A stretch of 64,000 bases of DNA from a virus, in the IMG/VR virus record IMGVR_UViG_3300032770_000019, positions 8,495 through 72,494 of that record; one strand, written 5' to 3'. The position numbers and the translations under genes were made by a program. Under the pieces are notes generated by a model. That model was not told where the DNA came from. It saw only the letters and a list, made by a program, of their open reading frames with translations, and did not search any database. Positions 51,101 through 59,906 of this stretch are shown here, in pieces (position 1 is the stretch's first letter; each line of letters opens with the position of its first letter).

Positions 51101-51429
51101 CCTCTAAGCTGGTTCTGCAACTGCTGACGCAACAGGCGCTGCAGGGTCTGGTCGGTACCCGTTCCGATAAGACCGATGCCACCCGGCGCAGCTGCGGACT
51201 GCTCTAGCTTCTTAAGGAGTGTCGGATCGCTTCCGAGTAGCCCCTGACCTTGCGCCTCTACTCGGCTACGGTGACCTCCCTCGACATCCGTCTTTACCTT
51301 GATCGTAATGTCTTTAGAAAGCTCCGCGCGCAGCTTATCGTAATCGGCCCTAGCAGCGTTTACATCCCGCTGGAACTGGTCGCGCTTAAGTGTTAGCGTA
51401 GCCTCGATTGCACCGGCATCGAATGTCAT
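48184..51429 (-). CDS. Tape measure protein with C-terminal lytic-transglycosylase-like domain
   Basis: 1081 aa, A/L/G-rich helical repeats, W-spaced repeats; REAGWN..AQNPGSGA.GIAQAL...YG.P..AWAH...GWY. Confidence 0.92.
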   Translation of the reverse strand: MTFDAGAIEATLTLKRDQFQRDVNAARADYDKLRAELSKDITIKVKTDVEGGHRSRVEAQGQGLLGSDPTLLKKLEQSAAAPGGIGLIGTGTDQTLQRLLRQQLQNQLRGGSPQLGAGVSGTDTQRVVQDVTQNVVRQATAGTVTQNVRQVQVGPGISAPGEVTEKVRVQADDASADAAGSESGSHFSSSFKSRTIGLVTAIFKGGGGGGGSNSADDAGRNYGYHFIRSFLSNTTFGKTGALATGIASAMATLPALGGFTGIGMGVALIGGLTAKLAAASPQLKSAFTSLFGGQNAAGKQVTGSLTTTIEAAFAPMVPAITKILGQVTQLVHAILPQLTSIFKTIAPQLQPIFNSLAGVIKQVLDLMSAAAPAFAPFVDTLLGLVKDIFPGLIELVKATVPVMGTLAQVFEELGKDLSGFFRDMAPAVADSAQVLKAVLGAIGQLLPIIGTLASVFAKLLGPVIVAFTKAFEAVEPIIVSVGEVLGKLAAAVIGSLASSLKLVADLIIAISPGLKVFAQAFASVFQVLENSGVMFVLANALDEVLKPLAKVIEALLVGLAPVLPQIINLFAQFVALLAGQAAAVLSALLKLLLPLVPTFTEIVRWLTTLLEGALKPMLPVLAGLVIAWKLLTLAMATNPFVAIGIAIAILVTLIVKYHAQIWNVIVKTWDAIVSFLKGTWNDFLNFAKQWWPLLLGVGGVIYKYHEQIWQFIQNIWNTIFGWLKGVWNSIKNFANDVWSGMKTNASNAWNSMFSTIKNVWGDIVSFFEAIPGKILGAFSRLGSGMYAIGKTAITSIWNGAKSIAGDIEHFFTSFADGIISIFKKIWGWFSPSSVMFEGGKSLMEGLFGGIKAHAFKAENIAAQTAAGITGALTPGGTAGQNAALARRMYPEWSTGQNWLAWNAVEMREAGWNSRAQNPGSGALGIAQALGHGVPGGGGSLGNEYGGYGLNLSGDRSANSGGAGDQIVWMHNYIRSIYGTPEKAWAHEQAYGWYDKGGPLPPGTRLVTNRTGGMEEVLTPEERRAFIALAKGANGDDIGRKLDQLIACVKASGPQMGAAMGRVLNGTAHQAMTASIHGAAQT

Positions 51430-51794
51430 AGCCGCTTACCTGCGATCGGTAGCTCCGGAGGCTTCTCTAGCCAATCAGCTTTACCTGAGATAGGCGTAAC
51501 GTTGATACCTACCTGTTCAAGCGTTAGCTGTCGACCGCCGCTGGTATTCGTACCCGGCTGAGCAGTAGAAGGAGACGCATCCGGGTTGCCCATCGCACCC
51601 TCCTTCTGAAAGCCTTCGAGGTACATTCGCTTCTTATACCACTCGAGCTCTTCCCATTCCTCCGGTTCATAGCCAAGATATCGCTTTGCGGCGTAGTAGA
51701 TCAGGCGCCTTTCACTGTACGCATCGGCGGGAGCTGCAGTAGCTGACCATTGCCCGGAGCCCGATTCGTCGTAGCGGCGCCAAAGTCTTCCGGG
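51426..51794 (-). CDS. Frameshifted extension of the tail assembly chaperone
   Basis: -1 frame open from CCCGGAA (51794-51788) through ...LIYYAAKRYLGYEPEEWEELEWYKKRMYLEGF... to the stop at 51426. Confidence 0.7.
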   Translation of the reverse strand, partial: PGRLWRRYDESGSGQWSATAAPADAYSERRLIYYAAKRYLGYEPEEWEELEWYKKRMYLEGFQKEGAMGNPDASPSTAQPGTNTSGGRQLTLEQVGINVTPISGKADWLEKPPELPIAGKRL

Positions 51795-52162
51795 CGCAGC
51801 TCACCCGCAAGCCAAACGAAGAAGCGCATCCGGATACGTAGCGGAAGCTTAAGCAGCTGTGCCTCGCTAGGCTGATTCTTGCACAGCTTAGCGAAGATCT
51901 TAGCCATCTGCTTCATGACGTCCGCGATACCGATAGTTGCATCCTCAGGAAGGTCAGCTAGCGCGATAAGCAGTTCCTCCGGTGAGGTATCACTATCGGT
52001 AATACCGACCTGCTCCAGGACATTCTTCGACATTCCGGAGAGATCCTTGAATAGAGTATCGATAGCCTTGTCGGACGGCTCGGGTATCGTTCCCTTTCCC
52101 GCATCGAACCTGGTGAAGTCCCAGTCGAGCGGCTCGACAATTGTTCCTGCATCGAAGCCCAT
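51701..52162 (-). CDS. Tail assembly chaperone
   Basis: Between the major tail and tape measure genes; ends ...ELRPE at the slippery site. Confidence 0.8.
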   Translation of the reverse strand: MGFDAGTIVEPLDWDFTRFDAGKGTIPEPSDKAIDTLFKDLSGMSKNVLEQVGITDSDTSPEELLIALADLPEDATIGIADVMKQMAKIFAKLCKNQPSEAQLLKLPLRIRMRFFVWLAGELRPEDFGAATTNRAPGNGQLLQLPPMRTVKGA

Positions 52163-52174
52163 TTCGCCTTCCCC

Positions 52175-52783
52175 TTACGAGGTAGCGTTGGCCAGGAAGT
52201 CCGAGATCGCGATCTGGCTGAGGTCGCACAGTGCGTTCAGCGTAATCGGGTAAAGTCGGGCATTCGCGGCACGACGGAAGTTGGTCGTAACGGTACCAGC
52301 GGACATAATCTTCGGAACGTAGTACACCCGGGGGTAGCCGAGGTTATTCGTCCCTAGAAGTGCGCACGCCAGCAGTGCGAAGTTCGTGGAAAGCTTGAGT
52401 ACCTGCATCTGCGGCTGACCTGCACCGGCAGCGTAAGGCGTAATGGTACCGCCACCGCCGTATGCTAGGTTAATATTGACGAGGTTTTCCTCCGAAAGCG
52501 TAGTGGTAATCTGGAAGGTCGCCGTACTAACCAGCGAGGCAACCGGAATCGGAGTTTCCTCGATCTGAATCAGCGACATGTTCGGCGTGAAGGCGTTCTG
52601 GACCCCCTGGTCCGTTGCGCCATTGTACGTCCAACCGCTGGTAGCCCACTGAGTCGAGTCACCGTAGTTGTCCAGCGATGGCGGAGCAGTTCCGTACGGT
52701 GCCGTAAAGAGGTAAGCCACTCCGTACAGCACCTGCGTGGTATCGTATGCCGGTGGGATGAACTCGGTACCGAGGTTAGCCAC
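52175..52783 (-). CDS. Major tail (tube) protein
   Basis: Position; W...GATDQG, TLSEENL.N..LA motifs. Confidence 0.8.
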   Translation of the reverse strand: MANLGTEFIPPAYDTTQVLYGVAYLFTAPYGTAPPSLDNYGDSTQWATSGWTYNGATDQGVQNAFTPNMSLIQIEETPIPVASLVSTATFQITTTLSEENLVNINLAYGGGGTITPYAAGAGQPQMQVLKLSTNFALLACALLGTNNLGYPRVYYVPKIMSAGTVTTNFRRAANARLYPITLNALCDLSQIAISDFLANATS

Positions 52784-52795
52784 TGGTTATCCTCC

Positions 52796-53170
52796 TTACG
52801 GTGAAACGGTAGGAATCGAAATGACGGCAGCAGCTACGGTCGTTGTTACGCCGGAAAGCGTAATAACCATCGTCCCGCCAGGCTGGAAGTTCTGGTTGAA
52901 GTGCGCCGGGCTATACGGTCCTAGGATCCACGACTTGGTTGTCGGGATGCTTACCGTACGAGTATTCGTAGGAACGACCGATTCGATCGCTGCAGTAATA
53001 ACCGGAGTGCAGATCAGCGTGCCCGTGCTACCGTTGTAGATAATAACACCGAGGTTGCCGCTGTTCGCGAAGGCAATACCGTTACCCGATGTAATCGAAA
53101 CCAGCGCCGCATTCGAGATATCGACACCGTTTTGGCTGATTGCTACGGGAGCCAGTGTAGTGTTCGCCAT
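52796..53170 (-). CDS. Small virion structural protein
   Basis: Beta-rich; FANSG, ILGPY...FNQ. Confidence 0.55.
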   Translation of the reverse strand: MANTTLAPVAISQNGVDISNAALVSITSGNGIAFANSGNLGVIIYNGSTGTLICTPVITAAIESVVPTNTRTVSIPTTKSWILGPYSPAHFNQNFQPGGTMVITLSGVTTTVAAAVISIPTVSP

Positions 53171-53466
53171 TACTGCTCCTCGATGTCGATACCGGCTTCA
53201 CGAGCCGCACGGAGGAGAGGTCCGACCCTATCCGGCTTGACCGGGGTCCAGTCCGTACCGATTTCGATACCGCACCAGATGAAGCCGATAGCGTTAGGCG
53301 TTACCACCCGCAGCTTCGGTCCTTCCACTTCCGTTTTCTCGGTAGCCACTACCTCTTCTCCCGCTGGCCTACCGGCACCCGGAGGATTCGGTGGTGCATC
53401 GCCTTGCGGCACCGACAAGGGCAGCGTAGGCTGCGGCTTGCTTTCGTCCTCCCACGCTTCGCTCAT
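53170..53466 (-). CDS. Hypothetical protein
   Basis: Tightly packed in the structural operon. Confidence 0.5.
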   Translation of the reverse strand: MSEAWEDESKPQPTLPLSVPQGDAPPNPPGAGRPAGEEVVATEKTEVEGPKLRVVTPNAIGFIWCGIEIGTDWTPVKPDRVGPLLRAAREAGIDIEEQ

Positions 53467-53469
53467 TTT

Positions 53470-53913
53470 TCACACTCCAATCACAGCACGATACGTGCAC
53501 GTATAGTCATAGCGGAAAGCCTGATCCGGAGGTCCTAGCGGTGCCGGCGAACCAGCGGCGCGTGTCACCAACGACACCTTGGTGTCGATACTTACTAGGT
53601 CGTTGGCGAAGTTTAGCGTTACCGGAAACTTCGCATTCAGAATCCGAAAATCGATATCCTGAGCGAGGATCTCACCGCTGGCCTGGTTGTTCTGATCGCT
53701 CCGCACACGCACCTGAAAGGTAGGCTGGTCTACGGCTCCTTCCATTGCGTATCCGAGTCCCGGCAAAAGGGTCACCGTGATTAGGCGATCCGGCATTTCG
53801 TGTATGTACGGACCCATCATTATCGCAGGCCAGCTGATCGGCGGAGTGGGCGGAAGTGTCGAAAGGGATGCAAGCCAATCGACCAGCGTTCCGACCGTCA
53901 ATGCCGGCATCAC
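53470..53913 (-). CDS. Tail terminator-like protein
   Basis: PDRLITVT..PG, DQPTFQVRVRS; position. Confidence 0.65.
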   Translation of the reverse strand: MMPALTVGTLVDWLASLSTLPPTPPISWPAIMMGPYIHEMPDRLITVTLLPGLGYAMEGAVDQPTFQVRVRSDQNNQASGEILAQDIDFRILNAKFPVTLNFANDLVSIDTKVSLVTRAAGSPAPLGPPDQAFRYDYTCTYRAVIGV

Positions 53914-54491
53914 GCACCGCCTTTGTAGTTCGGCGGATGTTCGTGATGCTCAACGTGCCACCAGATCCAGCCAAGAAGTTCCGGAGGCAGCGGAGTACGC
54001 CGTGCCTTTTCTCGCAGCTCTTCTTCGGTCAAGCGATGCACCTGCGGAGGTCGCTCGTAAACGACCTCATCGTTATCCGTGACTGAAGGGTGACCGGAGT
54101 GATGAAGATCGCCCCACAGGAACGGTGCATGACCTTCGACACCGCCGATACCGGCAAGGTCCTCAACAGCATCCCGCATCGCACGGTGAAGCCCGCCCTC
54201 TTCGAAGGCCTGCCGGGCAATCTCCTCGAAGTACTCGTCACGATGTTCGTAAAGCGGTACCTCTAGGTACTTAGCCATTCCGCCGCGCGGGTGATGCAGA
54301 TCGAGGCGCTCGTGCTGGTAATGCGCATAGATCTGATCCACGACTACGTGTCCAACGAGGTCCCCGTGACCTACCCTTTCGGATAGCTCACGAAGACCCT
54401 CATCGAACGTTCGTGTCACCGTACCTGCCTTGAATGTACCTAAGCGACCAGCTAATCTGACGGCGCGCATTCCGACGAGAACGTCTAGCAC
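53910..54491 (-). CDS. Neck/head-tail joining protein
   Basis: YAHYQHE..LHHPRGGMAKYLE.PL; real start probably further downstream. Confidence 0.6.
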   Translation of the reverse strand: MLDVLVGMRAVRLAGRLGTFKAGTVTRTFDEGLRELSERVGHGDLVGHVVVDQIYAHYQHERLDLHHPRGGMAKYLEVPLYEHRDEYFEEIARQAFEEGGLHRAMRDAVEDLAGIGGVEGHAPFLWGDLHHSGHPSVTDNDEVVYERPPQVHRLTEEELREKARRTPLPPELLGWIWWHVEHHEHPPNYKGGA

Positions 54492-54711
54492 GCCACCAGT
54501 TTCTCACGCGTTGTCTTCCCGTTCCGCCTTAGCAGCTTCGAGTAGATCGCCGAGCTGCCTGTGGAAGTACTCGACGTGCTGAGCGTTCTCGGTAATCTCT
54601 ACCGAAGACACGCGGCTCTGCTGCACCCAAAGATCGACGCCAAGGTTGCCGCCGATAACGATGTTCTGACCGTCACGTCTTGCGTGCAACGTCACTAGTC
54701 GTCACCGCCCA

Positions 54712-55233
54712 CTAGATAATTCCCCAATCTTCCAGCGCAGGGTCGATTGACGGTCCTTGTCCATCGTCGCTTCCCTGCGAAATCTTTAGTCCGACATCCG
54801 ACAGCTGGAACATCGGAACGGTCTGAGCGCCCGTTGAACCGCCCGGCTGGAATACCGAAGGACCTGAACGTGTAGGCGGTACATCGGCATCCGTAGTTGG
54901 CGTGCTATCCAGCAGGCCCTGCTTGATCTGCGTTAGGGTCGTCCTAGCATCCTGGTACTGCAACACGACCGGGTGGTACTGATCGAGAGACTTACCTTTA
55001 CGGTATGCCAAGGTTGCGTAGTACGACCCCAACGCGATAACCACACCGCAGACCAGCGACGGGGCATTGTCCGCCGTGTAGGTCGTTCCGGTCGTTGCAT
55101 CTACAAGGTCTTGTCCCCGCTGGATGTGCCTAGCGAGTTGCTCGTCAGTGAGCTCACCGCACGTACCGACCACGTTACCATCCGGGGCAACCGCTTCCCG
55201 AATGTCCTGCGGCAGTACGTACGGATCGCTCAT
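54712..55233 (-). CDS. Head-tail adaptor (Mu gp36-like)
   Basis: Y....DI, I..(A)...VD, Y.DA...L..I..G pattern; follows the capsid gene. Confidence 0.65.
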   Translation of the reverse strand: MSDPYVLPQDIREAVAPDGNVVGTCGELTDEQLARHIQRGQDLVDATTGTTYTADNAPSLVCGVVIALGSYYATLAYRKGKSLDQYHPVVLQYQDARTTLTQIKQGLLDSTPTTDADVPPTRSGPSVFQPGGSTGAQTVPMFQLSDVGLKISQGSDDGQGPSIDPALEDWGII

Positions 55234-55462
55234 CTACTCCTCCTCGTTGCCCTTTCCGTACACTTGGGCCTTTTCCGCATCGTTGAGCTTGCGAATGGCT
55301 CCCTTGCGCAGGAACTCCTCGGCGAGCGACCTACGCATACGGACATGCCGGTTAGCCTGAACCAGCGTTCCGTGGCTGCTGATCGGACGCAGCGTAACTG
55401 CATGCACGATCGGCTCGGCCGCCGGGGCCTCCACTTCAGTATCGGACACTTTACCTCCCTTG

Positions 55463-56524
55463 CTAGTTCAGAAGCGTACCGGACTGGGCACCGGCAAAGC
55501 TACCGCCACCAGTGCTCTCACCCGGAGCCGGGTAGGCATCGGAGGCACCGGTAACACCTGTGATCGCTACGATAGCGAAGGGCTGATCCAGACCCATAGC
55601 GGACGCCCGCTGGATATCCGAACGCCACTTCTTGTGCGGCTCGTCACGGTACAGGGGCGTGGCGGTCATCGGAACTTCATCGGAAACGAATCCGAGCCGG
55701 TTCCGCTGGCACACGAAAGCCACTCCGGTCGGGCACTGACGGGAAACGAGAACGTCGAGGCCCATGATCTGTCGTGGCATCAGACCCGTGTACTGAATCG
55801 AACTGGACGCCGCATCGCCAATGTACGGACGAGCGAAGTCCTGCGACTTGAACAGGGCCAGCTTAGCCACGTGATCGATGATCAGCGTATCCGCTTCGAA
55901 GCCGAAGAAGTTCTGCGGCTGAGTAGGAAGCGCTGCGTTATCGACCAGGTAAATCGCATCCGAGATGTGGTTGCGAATGATGTACGGCAGGTTAACCAGC
56001 GCAGCAGGGGTAGTGCTGGTGCCACCGCCGATCGATTCCGCACCGTCCCAGGCTTCGGCTGACGGCACCGAGTACACCTGAGTTGACGGCATCGTTGTCT
56101 GGAGCAAGGAGAAGAACGCCTGGTTCCAGTCCTTGATCATCGTGTTCTTTACTTGCGTCAGCTGACGGGTTACCGGGTCGACCAGCTGCCTACGGCGCAT
56201 TTCATCCGTAACGCTGATCGCCATTGCCCGCTCATAGCTATACGCCACGAGGATCTCTCCGACCGAGCCGGTAACCGCAGGCACCTCAGCGCCTTCAGCT
56301 CGAATCGTCGCATCCTTATTAGCGAACAGCGGAGTGGACTGCTCGTATCGAACAGCTCCCGAAACGTTGTTGCCAGCGTTTCGAAGGACGGTCTCGATGA
56401 TGAACTCGTTCTGCATGATGTCCAGCACGAGTGCCGGAATCCGCAGCGGATCCTTCAAGTAGTCATCAACGGTAATCCGCTGACCGTCATAAGAGCTGAC
56501 GATTGGGTAAGTGGGGCTAACCAT
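55463..56524 (-). CDS. Major capsid protein
   Basis: 353 aa, GC3-rich codons; AEGAEVP, IMGLDVLVS, DQPFA; downstream of scaffold and decoration genes. Confidence 0.88.
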   Translation of the reverse strand: MVSPTYPIVSSYDGQRITVDDYLKDPLRIPALVLDIMQNEFIIETVLRNAGNNVSGAVRYEQSTPLFANKDATIRAEGAEVPAVTGSVGEILVAYSYERAMAISVTDEMRRRQLVDPVTRQLTQVKNTMIKDWNQAFFSLLQTTMPSTQVYSVPSAEAWDGAESIGGGTSTTPAALVNLPYIIRNHISDAIYLVDNAALPTQPQNFFGFEADTLIIDHVAKLALFKSQDFARPYIGDAASSSIQYTGLMPRQIMGLDVLVSRQCPTGVAFVCQRNRLGFVSDEVPMTATPLYRDEPHKKWRSDIQRASAMGLDQPFAIVAITGVTGASDAYPAPGESTGGGSFAGAQSGTLLN

Positions 56525-56552
56525 CCCTAGGTTCTCCTCCCTTCCTTATTAG

Positions 56553-57281
56553 TTAGATGACGGCGGCAATACGCGCACTGCCGACCACGTTAGCTGCGAT
56601 GTTCACGCCACCCGGCTGCGAACACCGACCGATAATCATCGAGAACAGCGAAGCGGTGGTAGCACCCGGCGCCCACGTCCACGTCGGCGTACCGGAGGCA
56701 TAGGTCGAAACGAAGTACTGACCGGGCGGTAGGATATATACGCCGTTAGCATCGCCAGCGGTAGGCGATCCGGAGGAGAAGACCGTGGTCTCCGCACCGG
56801 ATGCGCCGATACTGATGTTCGAGAACACGCCGGTACCGGCAATCGTTGCCGTCTGCTCTTCACCGGTGGTGTTCTGAATCGCAACGGTGGTTGCGGGGAA
56901 CGCGGGGGCCGCACCGCTGGCGTTACTCCATTCCTGCACTGCACCTGAAGCGGCGCACACGATGAGTTCACCGCAACCGCAGTTCGTGGCGTAGGTAACA
57001 TCAATATCGACACCGTAGTACACTGCCACGATATCCGGCTGCTGCGAAATCACTGCCGGGTTCTGGCTGTCCTGCGACGTCCTAGGTGCCGCTGCATCGA
57101 ATGCAGCAACTCCGAGAGTATCGAGACCGAGGGCACCCTGCGCCTCAACCATCGTTGGCTGAATGGCGTTCGGATGTACCAGCTGACCGCCGGTAATTAC
57201 CGTTGATGCACCGACTCCGTTGTAACCGCAGACAGGCCAGCTAGTCGGACCGTCCTTATAGTTCGGAATAACACCGGGCAT
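56553..57281 (-). CDS. Capsid decoration/cement-like protein with an inserted domain
   Basis: ITGGQLV...LGVAAFDA...GELIVCAASGAV...IIGRC; between scaffold and capsid genes. Confidence 0.65.
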   Translation of the reverse strand: MPGVIPNYKDGPTSWPVCGYNGVGASTVITGGQLVHPNAIQPTMVEAQGALGLDTLGVAAFDAAAPRTSQDSQNPAVISQQPDIVAVYYGVDIDVTYATNCGCGELIVCAASGAVQEWSNASGAAPAFPATTVAIQNTTGEEQTATIAGTGVFSNISIGASGAETTVFSSGSPTAGDANGVYILPPGQYFVSTYASGTPTWTWAPGATTASLFSMIIGRCSQPGGVNIAANVVGSARIAAVI

Positions 57282-57302
57282 AGTTCACCTACCTCTCTGC
57301 GA

Positions 57303-58481
57303 TTAAACGAGACCCAGTCGCTGCTTTTCGCCTTCAACGAAGGCCCGACGATCAGCTTCCTCCTTGTTGGCCTGCTCGACCTCTTCATCCGTAGGCGGCA
57401 TACCGTTACCGAGAAGGCCACTCAGGTCGAGCATCTTGACCTTCTTACCGATTTCGGTAAGCACCCGGCGCATCACCTGACCGGCATCGATCTCATCTCC
57501 GCCGGAAAGCTGGATGACGTGTCCTTCGCCTTCCAGCAGCGGACGCGCCAGCTCGATATCGCTCGGAGCAAACCCGAACTGGTTGACGAAGACCGCCTTT
57601 TCGTTCTGGAATGCGGAATCGGCAAGCTGTGCCGAAACGCGTGCCAGTTCGATTGCCTGCTCGGCGCTCTGAGCTCGAAGCTGCGTCAGCTCCAAGGTGT
57701 CACCGTTGACATGACCGTTCGAAGCAGCGATGGGCTCCGTGTCTTCGGCCTCCGCCTCGGCGATGATTGCTTCGAGCTCCTCATCGGTAAGTTCTTCGTC
57801 GCTAGTACCTTCCTCGGTACCTTCGGCGTCACCGATCAGACCTTCGATGTCCTCATCGCTAATGGCGTCTCCGCCATCTCGCACCTTCTTCAGCAGATCA
57901 CGAAGTGCGGTCTTGTCACTGTCTGTAAGAGCCACCGGCTCCCCTCCTTCCTCATCGAAATGTGCGCTGGTAAGATCCAGCACTCGTGTCTTCTGCTGAT
58001 TGCTCAAAGCCGCAACTTCCTTCCACGGCTTCATTCCGGCGATATGCGGATCAAGACAGCCGAGAACGTGCTGCAAAGCTGCGGACCACCTCTTACCGTC
58101 CGAACGCTCATAGTTCTCGTAGATCCGAGCGGAGACACCCAGCGACGGGTTGTCCTTTAGTACCTTCTCACCGGCTTCGGTAAGGTCAACCACAACGTAC
58201 AAACCGTCGGCATCGACCTCGACGTCTTCGATAAAGCCCCGAGTCCGTTCCGGATCATTCGTATGCTTGTTATCCGCACCGGCGAGCTGGAACGGGATGC
58301 GATCGAACGCCTTGTCCTTGAAGCTCTTTGCGAGCTCCGTCAGGTAGTCCTTCGTAAAGGACAGCTTACGCCCCTTGTAGTCGATGTCCCCTACCGGGAG
58401 CAGCTGCTTCTTCCAGCGGGAGTTACCGAGGTCGATAGCAGCACTGTTGCGGTACGGCGTTAGAACGGTAAGCGTCTTCAT
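57303..58481 (-). CDS. Prohead protease/scaffold (Mu I-like)
   Basis: NKHTNDPER.RG, DGLY, GVSARI, LQHVLGCLDP.I.GM..W; acidic coiled-coil C-terminus. Confidence 0.8.
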   Translation of the reverse strand: MKTLTVLTPYRNSAAIDLGNSRWKKQLLPVGDIDYKGRKLSFTKDYLTELAKSFKDKAFDRIPFQLAGADNKHTNDPERTRGFIEDVEVDADGLYVVVDLTEAGEKVLKDNPSLGVSARIYENYERSDGKRWSAALQHVLGCLDPHIAGMKPWKEVAALSNQQKTRVLDLTSAHFDEEGGEPVALTDSDKTALRDLLKKVRDGGDAISDEDIEGLIGDAEGTEEGTSDEELTDEELEAIIAEAEAEDTEPIAASNGHVNGDTLELTQLRAQSAEQAIELARVSAQLADSAFQNEKAVFVNQFGFAPSDIELARPLLEGEGHVIQLSGGDEIDAGQVMRRVLTEIGKKVKMLDLSGLLGNGMPPTDEEVEQANKEEADRRAFVEGEKQRLGLV

Positions 58482-58557
58482 CGTACCTTCGGACCGCCTT
58501 TACACGTACAGTAGCTAGCCTCTCGACCGCACTGACGACATGCGTCAAACGAAATGA

Positions 58558-58812
58558 TCATTGCTCCTTGTCCTCCCTTCGCTCCGCAGGTCGCCTATCC
58601 GAAGCATTAAGCGTAAACGTCTCCATCGCCGGTGGAGTACGTCTAGCACTTCCGGACTGCGTAATCGAAGGCGGTACCGTAGGAAACTGCCACTCGGCGT
58701 GAACCGAAATCGGGCGTTGCGGCGTGCTATTGCTGATCGACTCGATCTTCGAACCAATCGGTCGCTTGAACCTAGCTTCTCCGGCTGGAGTGGCTACTTT
58801 GCGTTCAGTCAC
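58558..58812 (-). CDS. Small head-region protein with V.T.AGEA....PIGS.I tag
   Basis: RKVATPAGEARFKRPIGSKI. Confidence 0.55.
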   Translation of the reverse strand: MTERKVATPAGEARFKRPIGSKIESISNSTPQRPISVHAEWQFPTVPPSITQSGSARRTPPAMETFTLNASDRRPAERREDKEQ

Positions 58813-59189
58813 AGTGACCTCGGCGTACTAGCTGCTGCGTGGAAGTCACTCGAGTGGTCCGGCTTTCGTACTATTGTCGTAGCTTTACGACGCATTGCCC
58901 GCTGGTGCTGTCCATAGTGGTTACCGATACGCTCCTGAAGCTGCTCATCGTTAGTTTTCGACTGCGCATCAAGAAGGTTCCTCATCGTCTTTTTATGGTC
59001 ACCGAACTGTGCACTAGCCGCAGCCATACGAAGGCTACGGGCAGCAGCACGATAACCATTACTATCCGCCTGAGCGGCATCCAAGCGGATGGCTTGTGCC
59101 GTACCGGGTATTCCAACGAAATGCCAGCCGTGCGTATAGCCCTTCGGACCTACCAGGTCGATTACGGAGCCACTCCCTGAGCGGCTCAT
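58809..59189 (-). CDS. Small head-region protein
   Basis: VIDLVGPKGYTHGWHFVG N-terminus; coupled start/stop codons. Confidence 0.55.
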   Translation of the reverse strand: MSRSGSGSVIDLVGPKGYTHGWHFVGIPGTAQAIRLDAAQADSNGYRAAARSLRMAAASAQFGDHKKTMRNLLDAQSKTNDEQLQERIGNHYGQHQRAMRRKATTIVRKPDHSSDFHAAASTPRSL

Positions 59190-59755
59190 GCTTTTCCCGC
59201 CGGAGCCTTCTTTTTTCGGTTCTTAAGCTTAACGGCGTTCATCGCCATTTTAGCAGCTGAAGCGTCGGACATTCCGCGCTTCTTCATCGCTGCGAAAACC
59301 TTCTTGTACAGCGGAGAACCGGCGTAATCCTTATCGGTATCGCCGGACGGAGAGGAGTCATCGTCATTGTCGTTATCGGGGTCGTAGGCGAACTCGTATA
59401 CCGCAAAAGCTTGTCGAGTGAGCTCTACCTCCCGCTGGATTCGCTTCGGGTCAAAGCCACTAAGTTCGAGCTGCGCACGCAAGGCGTTCGACATCGCTGT
59501 TGCGCTCTGCGTGTTATCAGCCCACGAACCCTTAACGACGTTCATTGCGCCGAGTTCACGACCGCGCTTGCGGATTAGCTTAGCTAGCGCAGGACGCTTA
59601 CCGGGCGCTGCGCGACCAACGGCTCTAATGGCCTTCTTCAAGTACGCAACGTTAGGAATCGGAAAGCTCCCGTCTTTCAGTGCGTTCCCGACAGCTGCAA
59701 GCCGTTTGCGAGCACCCTGCGTTTCGTTCGGTGGCGTCTTGGCCAGGTCCAGCAT
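59186..59755 (-). CDS. Head-associated protein (DUF6582-like domain)
   Basis: RKRLA..G.ALKDGSFPI.....LKKAIRAVGRA....IRKRGRELG. Confidence 0.6.
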   Translation of the reverse strand: MLDLAKTPPNETQGARKRLAAVGNALKDGSFPIPNVAYLKKAIRAVGRAAPGKRPALAKLIRKRGRELGAMNVVKGSWADNTQSATAMSNALRAQLELSGFDPKRIQREVELTRQAFAVYEFAYDPDNDNDDDSSPSGDTDKDYAGSPLYKKVFAAMKKRGMSDASAAKMAMNAVKLKNRKKKAPAGKA

Positions 59756-59906
59756 CGAATTCTCCCTGCAAACGGATTACACTTCCATTATATCCACTGG
59801 CACACCATTTAACCAGGCTAATTTCCTGGTTACTGATAGAATTTTTTATTCCTTTCCGGGATGGATATAGACATGCGGGACGCCATTCCGTAGCTCGATA
59901 ACACGA

